Shown here one piece after another: positions 55,183 through 64,000 of a stretch of DNA of 64,000 nt (its first letter is position 1; each line of letters starts with the position of its first letter). The position numbers and the translations under genes were made by a program. Origin of the DNA: Eledone cirrhosa (taxonomy: Eukaryota); contig OZ024740.1 in the NCBI GenBank assembly GCA_964016885.1, positions 129,704,001 through 129,768,000 on the forward strand. Reading direction: 5' to 3'. Under the pieces are notes generated by a model that was not told where the DNA came from, did not search any database, and saw only the letters and a program-made list of their open reading frames with translations.

Positions 55183-56553
55183 GTGGAGGGACCACTCTAC
55201 AAAATTTCATGGCTCCTAGCCAGAATACTCAAACCCATCTTAGACACCTTGCCGGGACACGTTAACAGCTCCGAGGAGGTGTTGAAGCGCCTGCATCAAA
55301 TGGATCCCGACACCAGAAGGAATAACAGATATGCCTTCAGCCTTGATGTAGTCGCTCTCTACACCTCGGTCCCGGCACTCCCGGCTGTCAATATACTAAT
55401 GAAATGCGTCCAATCCACCGACCTACACTGCTTCGGGCTCACCAACAGTGACATCCACCAACTCCTATCCATCGTCATCGACAACACCTACTTCGGATTC
55501 CTTGACCAAATATACCAACAAACCTCGGGATTGTCCATGGGATCAAGCCTATCAGGTGTGCTAGCGATCTCCTACATGGACAACCTCGAACGCAAGGCAC
55601 TCAACGCCTGCCACCCCAACGCCGTAGTTTTTTTCTCAAGATACGTGTACGATATCCTCATCCTCACAGCTTCCCAAGACACGGCGAACAGAATCTATGA
55701 GACGTTCAACAACACGGACGAGAACATTGACTTCAGTGTTGAACACCCCAACGAAGACGGGTCACTTGCCCTCTTCGACTTCCGAATCAACATCACGGAA
55801 CAAGGAAGGATCCACTGCAACTTCTACAGAAAGGCAGCCTGCAGGGACCTATTCGTTCACTACAAGTCCGCCCTCCCTAACAGTGCCAAAAGAGGATACA
55901 TCACGAACGAGATCGCGCGAATCAAAAACAGATGCAGCGATCCCACGTGTGGTGTCACTCATACCAAGCGATTCCTCGAGGTGCTGGAGACGAACGGGTA
56001 CCCTACCTCGATCACAGACAGAATAGGAGACACCAGACGCAAGAGACAGAGAAGCACCCAAGGCAAGTGCTTCCTTAAAATGCCACACCTGGGCGAGAAA
56101 ACCACCAACGCTATCCGAAAGGCTATACGGAGGGAGTGCCTCGACATCCACCTGGCCCACTCGGGCCCCTCTCTGCGAAGATGCCTCTCCAGGAAACCCG
56201 AAAAATCTACTGACGCATGCTCCCTCAGAGACTGCCCCATACGCAATGCTAACTATTGCCTACGCACATACGTCGTGTATAAGATAGAATGTGACAGGTG
56301 CAACCAATACTACATAGGTAGCACAATTCGACCTTTGCACATCCGGATCAAGGTACACACTAAAACCAGGGCCTCGTCTTTCCGGAAACACATAGACAAA
56401 TGCGGAAACAAAGACGGAAGGCCCATTGTCACAATTCTAGCGACCGAAAGAAACGTCGGCACGTTACGTATCAAGGAAGCGCTTTTTATCAAACGAATGC
56501 AACCGCAAATAAACAACCGATCAGAGAGAAGCGAAATGAAATGGCTGGTTTAA
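55183..56553 (+). pseudogene. PLE RT + GIY-YIG reading frame, 5'-truncated, catalytic motif YVYD instead of YVDD
   Basis: KIRPIVSS just upstream; FSLDVVALYTSVP, GLSMGSSLS, RYVYDIL, VVYKIECDRCNQYYIGST, IKEALFIK, PQINNR. Confidence 0.9.
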
Positions 56554-56946
56554 GTTAAAAAGCGATGCAACAACACACAACACACGCACACACACACACG
56601 CAAACGAGACAACTACACACACACACGCACACACACACAGTAGCATTCCACCATACGAACATACTACACTGCCAATACAGATGAACAAGGCAACAACACA
56701 CACACTCAAGCGAGACAACAACACACGCACACACACACACAGTAACATTTAACAAACAGGCAGAGATTGGACTGACAGCTAGCGCCATCCCACTCCCTCA
56801 TTCGGCCTCTGACCTCTGTACGACCGACCCTATTTCACGCGCACGCGCGCTCTGCCGAATACCTCAGATATTCAAAACAACAAACAGCGAAAGACGCGTT
56901 CCGGACTTGTCCGACAGACAACCTTTTCCCCCATCACGGAAAAACA

Positions 56947-56983
56947 CCCCAGTTGATGGATGTGAATCCGAAATATATAGGGA
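56947..56983 (+). ncRNA. Hammerhead-like variant with core CAGTTGA (also 39741-39776 and 15691-15727, minus strand)
   Basis: CCC-CAGTTGA-T-GGAT-GTGA-ATCC-GAAA-TATA-TA-GGG. Confidence 0.5.
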
Positions 56984-57197
56984 CTATCAAATCTCTCCCA
57001 TGGTAACTCTCTCTTGTGTTGTTATTTTTATTTTTATCCTTTATACTATTCCCTTCATTCTACACATCTCACACATCTTATACACACCACGCATCTCAAC
57101 GTACACCCACATACATCTCTCTCTCCACCACCGGACCTTGTTGCCCGGAGATTTACCCATTTGCATTGTCGAGGCTTCCAAACGACTTAAAGATATT

Positions 57198-57252
<55 letters not shown>

Positions 57253-57280
57253 CGTGTGTGTGTATATATATATATATATG

Positions 57281-57343
<63 letters not shown>

Positions 57344-57387
57344 GACGTAAAATAAGAACATTTAAAAATTAAGTTACTAAAGTTTTC

Positions 57388-57469
57388 ACTCCAACTAATT
57401 AGTTTCTGTAAGGAAATAAATATCGTTACGTAACGCAACTATAGAGACATCCTTATGTCATCAGGGAGT
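57388..57469 (-). ncRNA. Hammerhead (family 4) in the inverted head, core intact
   Basis: Minus strand: ACTCC CTGATGA ... GAAA CTAATTAG TT GGAGT. Confidence 0.78.
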
Positions 57470-57876
57470 CTATTCTCAGCTAAGTTCCCAGGCATCCCCT
57501 TACATTGAACCACAAAGGTACTAAGACATACCATATATATTTGCTAGCATGAGTATCAATCTGTTTACATATGTTGGTAGATATACTAATTCTCTATATG
57601 TATCCCCAAATTATTTGTTGAGCAAAACTTGCCGAAATTTACTGCTATGTTTCATGGTAGTAGTTAGGCTCTTGTCTTATAAACACCCCACTCCTCACTG
57701 ATTAACCTCAGTGTCACGTGATTGATTCTTTAGAATTTGCCACTGACCAAGTAGGCAGTAAATTTTGTCAGTGCCCTGCAATTTTGTCCCCGCTTGCCTT
57801 TTTCCATCCACTGAATTATTATTTTTATATGGGTTTCTAGTGTCCGCGCATTGCCTGGGAACTTAGCTGAGAATAG

Positions 57877-57958
57877 AGTCCCTGATGACGTAATGATTTC
57901 TCTATAGTTGCGTTACGTTACTATATTTATTCTCTTACAGAAACTAATTAGATGGAGT
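57877..57958 (+). ncRNA. Hammerhead (family 4), unit 1, likely inactive
   Basis: Cleavage triplet mutated to GAT; stem I mismatch (AGTCC). Confidence 0.7.
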
Positions 57959-58401
57959 GAACATTTTAGTAAGTTAATTTTAAAATTTTCTCATTTTACG
58001 TCTTTCATATAAGTGTTCTGCATCCCCTTGCATAGAACCTCAAAGGTACTAAGACATAACATATATATTTGCTAGCATGAGTATACATCTGTTTACATAT
58101 CTTGGTAGATGTACTAATTCTCTATATTTATCTTCAAATTTTTTGTTGAGCAAACTTGCCGAAATTTACTGCTATGGTTCATGGTAGTAGTTAGGCTCTT
58201 GTCTTATAACACTCCACTTCTCACTGATTAACCTCAGTGTCACGTGATTGATTCTTTAGAATTTGCCACTGACCAGGTAGGCAGTGAATTTTTTCAGTGC
58301 CCTGGAATCAAGTCCCGCTTGTATTTTTCCATCCACTGAATTATTATGTTTATATTGGTTCCTAGTGTCCGCGCATTGCCTGAGAAATTAGCTGAGAATA
58401 G

Positions 58402-58483
58402 ACTCCCTGATGACGTAAGGATTTCTCTATAGTTGCGTTACATAACTATATTTATTCCGTTACAGAAAATAATTAGTTGGAGT
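58402..58483 (+). ncRNA. Hammerhead (family 4), unit 2
   Basis: ACTCC CTGATGA...GAAA ATAATTAG TT GGAGT (stem III C>A). Confidence 0.72.
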
Positions 58484-58920
58484 GAACATTTTAGTAAGTT
58501 AATTTTCTTGTTTTACGTCTTTCATATAACTGTTCTGCATGCCCTTGCATAGAACCACAAAGGTACTAAGACATAACATATATATTTGCTAGCATGAGTA
58601 TACATCTGTTTACATATGTTGGTAGATATACTAATTCTCTATATATATCTCCAAATTATTTGTTGAGCAAAACTTGCCGAAATTTACTGCTATGGTTCAT
58701 GGTAGTAGTTAGGCTCTTGTCTTATAACACCCCACTCCTCACTGATTAACCTCAGTGTCACGTGATTGATTCTTTAGAATTTGCCACTGACCAAGTAGGC
58801 AGTGATTTTTTTCAGAGCCTTGGAATCTAGTCCCCGCTTGCTTTTTTCCATCCACTGAATTATTATTTTTATATGGGTTCCTACTGTCCGCGCATTGCCT
58901 GCGAACTTAGCTGAGACTAG

Positions 58921-59002
58921 ACTCCCTGATGACGTAAGGATTTCTCTATAGTTGCGTTACATTACTATATTTATTCTCTTACAGAAACTAATTAGTTGGA
59001 GT
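58921..59002 (+). ncRNA. Hammerhead (family 4), unit 3, intact
   Basis: ACTCC CTGATGA c GTAAG...CTTAC a GAAA CTAATTAG TT GGAGT. Confidence 0.82.
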
Positions 59003-59446
59003 GAAAATTTTAGTAAGTTAATTTTAAAATTTTCTCATTTTTCGTCTTTCATATAATTGTTCTGCATCCCCTTGCATAGAACCACAAAGGTACTAAGACA
59101 TAACATATATATTTGCTCGCATGAGTATACATATGTTTACATATCTTGGTAGATATACTAATTCTCTATGTTTATCTCCAAATTATTTGTTAAGCAAAAC
59201 TTGCCGAAATTTACTGCTATGGTTCATGGTAGTAGTTAGGCTCTTGTCTTATAACACCCCACTCCTCACTGATTAACCTCAGTGTCACGTGATTGATTCT
59301 TTAGAATTTGCCACTGACCAAGTAAGCAGTGAATTTTTTCAGTGCCCTGGAATCTAGTCCCGCTTGTATTTTTCCATCCACTGAATTATTATGTTTATAT
59401 TGGTTCCTAGTGTCCGCGCATTGCCTGAGAAATTAGCTGAGAATAG

Positions 59447-59526
59447 ACTCCCTGATGACGTAAGGATTTCTCTATAGTGCGTACGTAACTATATTTATTC
59501 TCTTACAGAAACTAATTAGTTGGAGT
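59447..59526 (+). ncRNA. Hammerhead (family 4), unit 4, intact
   Basis: ACTCC CTGATGA c GTAAG...CTTAC a GAAA CTAATTAG TT GGAGT. Confidence 0.82.
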
Positions 59527-59752
59527 GAAAATTTTAGTAAGTTAATTTTAAAATTTTCTTATTTTACGTCTTTCATATAATTGTTCTGCATCCCCTTACA
59601 TAGAACCATAAAGGTACTAAGACATAACATATATATTTGCTAGCATGAGTATACATCTGTTTACATATGTTGGTAGATATACTAATTATCTCTCTCTATA
59701 TACATGTATATGTATATATATATATGTATATATATATGTATATATAAACATA

Positions 59753-59964
<212 letters not shown>

Positions 59965-60049
59965 AGGATCGGAATCAGAGTATTCCACAGTTCACAGTAA
60001 TAATAATATTAGCTCAAAGAAGAACAGAGAATGTTCAAACGTCACTGTG

Positions 60050-60620
60050 TAACACATTTCTCTGTGTGTAATATATCTGTACACTACTTTATATCCATGT
60101 AGGAGAACCCCTACTGATGCGCTGAACGAGTGTGAATTTTTAGTCCAGCCAGCGCCTTGAAAACTCTGGTACAAACATTACACTTGTGACAATTATTGAC
60201 ACAGTGCTGGGCCCATGGTACCATGTGATGACAAGTGCAGAGAGATCTCCAGATATAAAGCCTGTGCCTGTGCCGTAAAGCTTTTATAGTGAGCAAAGGC
60301 GCTGCACAAAGCCAGTCCCACTCTCTTAACCAAGATGATATTTAACAAAAAGCAGAACAAGTCAACATCATTGGATACCATCAGGGTTGCAGGTGTTATA
60401 TCAGAGTTTTCCTAGAATTCTGCCTTGACAAAGGCTAATGGTTTTTAAGAGCTCCTTTGACAGGTTTTGTTTTTAGTCCTGCAAGATGTCCAAAGTCACC
60501 CTCCTCACCAAGAAACATTGGTGGGGTTGCCAGTTTAGTCGCCAACGACCCGACCATTAGACAGGTTGTACTGGGATACATGCTTCCAGTAGCACCAACT
60601 GGTGACCTGACATGCCAGAC
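60050..60620 (-). mobile_element. Internally deleted RTE-like element (5' UTR joined to C-terminal C2H2 finger)
   Basis: HKCNVCTRVFKALAGLKIHTRSAHQ* at the 3' end; HDV-like motif at the 5' end. Confidence 0.55.
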
Positions 60621-61422
<802 letters not shown>

Positions 61423-61621
61423 TTTATATGTAATAATCTCCCGTTAGGTTGAGATACAATTTGGCGGTATTAGGTTGCGCTTTCTAGCATTAAACCTAAC
61501 CGCTGTAAGCAAATAATCACATCCTTTCTATCTTGACCGCTGTCACGTCACGCTTCTTAGTCATTTTTGAATGTATTTTTGGCGCGATCACTTTGGAAAA
61601 TTAATTTCTAATTTTGAGTTC

Positions 61622-61699
61622 GCTCCTGATGATTCCGAAACTCTAGTTAGACATTCAATTAGCGGATGTCTTAAAATACGGATGAAAACATGGTAGAGT
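61622..61699 (+). ncRNA. Type I hammerhead (family 5)
   Basis: GCTC CTGATGA t TCCG...AGACATTC/GGATGTCT...CGGA t GAAA ACATGG TA GAGT. Confidence 0.65.
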
Positions 61700-61948
61700 T
61701 AATTTGGTATGTACACAATTCTTCTAAGTTCAATTTTTACACCTAACTCTGTTTGGTTGACTGTATATCTGGTCGATTTTTACATGCTGTGGAAATGAAG
61801 GAGCTGCTTTCGGTTATTTGTCGGAGATTTCTTCATAGAAGCGTTTAATCTTATAGCTTTGTCTAATTGATTTTTTATATGGTTAATTATGCTAATTGGG
61901 AGAGGAAATGGTATATATTATATCTAGTGATTCTAAAGACATATTTAA

Positions 61949-62004
<56 letters not shown>

Positions 62005-64000
62005 ACATATGTAGAGGCGCTTCTATATGCATGTAGAGGGAAAGCCAAAGCCGCGGCAAAGCAGAAATATGTGATAGCTTACTGTACGTTAAGAAGAGAG
62101 GGCTAGTGCTTTTTGATGTAATCGTCATTAGCTTTAAAACTGAAATTTCGTAGTATTTTTTTTTGCTGCAAATAGACGGCAATTAATACGAAAGAATTAT
62201 AAATTTCGGTTGTAAGACTTTGTTTTGCTATCTGTTTGATACTGAGCTAATGGATAGACGTCTATCTCTGCAAATATACAAACCATCAGATGCATACACT
62301 GACTCACACATGTATATATATACTCCGACCTATATATATAGAAATAGATGGAAGAAAGAGAGAGACGTAAATATATAACGAGAGACAATATTTTGGATGT
62401 AATGAATATTAATATAGACATATAGGTTATCTATTGAAATTCAGTATTATTAGACTAGGTTGCACATAATCGAGTGGACTCTTTGGTATTACAAAATACT
62501 GAGACAAATTATTGAAAAATATTTATATTTCCTACTATGCCATTTTTGTTTTCAAAATCCATCGTGGTGAATCTGTTTTGGGAGATATGGTGATCTAATA
62601 ACAAATTTGATGATATTTCAGTTATGAGGCAGGTTCACATAAAACAATCTTATGTAAATATCTGCAGAATTAAGTATTACCCTTAAAAATGTTTTCGATA
62701 TAATTTCCTTATTTCATACAATGATCTCTCAATTCTTGGATGTTTGAGTCATGTTGTTTACTTGCAAATTAAAATCAATATCAAATAAAAGTTACCGATG
62801 GCGAGGAAAGATTGGGGCGACCGCAGGAAAATAATGCAGGATTCTTTGTGAGTCCTTTGTGTATATAATATTTATATTACTAGTCAAATACTGGACTTGG
62901 TTATATTGGGTATATGTTTGCTCCATGGAATTATGGCATAGTATCAATCTGACGAGATAATGTGATGAATATATCATATGAATTGCGATGGTAATAACTT
63001 GATATGAAGCTGTCGCTATATGGTTACGATTAGATATATTCAGTTATTTCGCTGAAACGGAACATCGGCTCTAATATTGTAATAAGAATATAAGGAATTA
63101 AATTCTCACTCTGCATATATATTCATATATATATAAATTTAGTTTAACTAAATCCAAAACATCCATTGGGCGAGTATAAGCTAGGCAAACTTATATTAAC
63201 ATGTTTCGTTTGTATCGTCCACCTAACTGCAGATCCTAGAAACAAGAAATGAAATAAATTATTCTAATAAATTAGAACAACGAATATTGGAAGAAAAGGG
63301 ATCCTTTGGAATCAGAAATCATATTCAACGGACCGTGTCTGTACGCTGCGTCCAATATCACGTGCGACTTTCGACTACTAAATGAATATATGACGCTTGA
63401 AATAGCACTCGTTATATCCGTGAATATCAACTCAAGAATTAAATATCTGGATAGAACGTTATTTATCACTAATATACTTGGACATCCCAAGCAAAATATA
63501 ACGTGAAAACAGCAATGGCAAGAACAACACCTACAGCAAGAAAGGCGAAGTAAAAGTGAGAGCATCGATGAAACACAAACAACAACAAGAACAACAACAC
63601 TAACATCACCGCCATGAATATTAAAAAGAGTACATTTGTAACCACAGCTGCAAATGTTCAATCTTTGAACACAATGAATTTAACAGAAGAAAAGTACGTG
63701 TGGCCCAGGCGGCAAAGCTCATCACCAGAGGAAAGACCAGGACCTACTGAAATATCACGGTAGAGTAACTGGGAATGGCGAAGAGGAGAACTCGGAAATG
63801 AAGGGGCATTATGGTGCATTTTGACAAAGCTGAGATGGCCTTACGAGCACAAGTGGATATTGCTCAGATGACCTTAATAAATGACATTGAGCACGTAGCA
63901 AGGGCCAAATAATTAGGGAGCTTCTCGGTGCATTTCACAACTTAGGCCCTTGCTATCAAGTATTCACTAGTGCCCTGCATGTCGGACCAAATTGTAATAC

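Larger units (their letters stand above)
55066..57200 (+). mobile_element. 5'-truncated Penelope/Poseidon-type PLE with an inverted pLTR piece at the 5' junction
   Basis: 55108-55142 is the reverse complement of 57166-57200; (TA)n on both sides. Confidence 0.9.
57337..59690 (+). repeat. Retrozyme-like tandem array: inverted head (57337-57493) + 4 units of 517-528 bp + partial fifth, one hammerhead per unit
   Basis: Unit starts at 57493, 58021, 58538, 59065, 59589; no ORF; (TA)n flanks. Confidence 0.9.

Noticed and set aside
57493-59690. CRISPR array or plain satellite
   Set aside because: No repeat-spacer structure and a eukaryotic context; ribozyme cores and the inverted head argue against a featureless satellite
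63480-64000. Possible further Tx1-like ORF1 remnant (AAC-rich tract, VHFDKAEMAL)
   Set aside because: Similarity too weak and cut off by the window edge

Overview
Eukaryotic, AT-rich, repeat-dominated DNA with no host protein-coding gene that I can support. The SINE family, the dense (TA)n tracts and the element mix suggest an invertebrate, probably an octopus (inference). Contents: an intact Penelope-like element (PLE) of the Naiad type (767-aa RT + GIY-YIG) with an inverted 3' duplicate, a decayed second Naiad, several Penelope/Poseidon-type PLE copies, two L1/Tx1 elements, an R4/Dong-type fragment, RTE remnants, two copies of a non-autonomous LTR element, tRNA-derived SINEs, a hAT MITE and many microsatellites. 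The main hidden signal is RNA-level. By eye I find at least five distinct families of minimal type I hammerhead ribozymes (HHR) with palindromic stem III, plus variant or degenerate ones. They include a non-coding ~525-bp tandem array at 57.3-59.7 kb with one HHR per unit and an inverted head (retrozyme-like, with ABAB dimer structure). The 5' pseudo-LTR of the Naiad also begins within 1 nt of its predicted HHR cleavage site. All folds and alignments were done manually and need computational and experimental confirmation.
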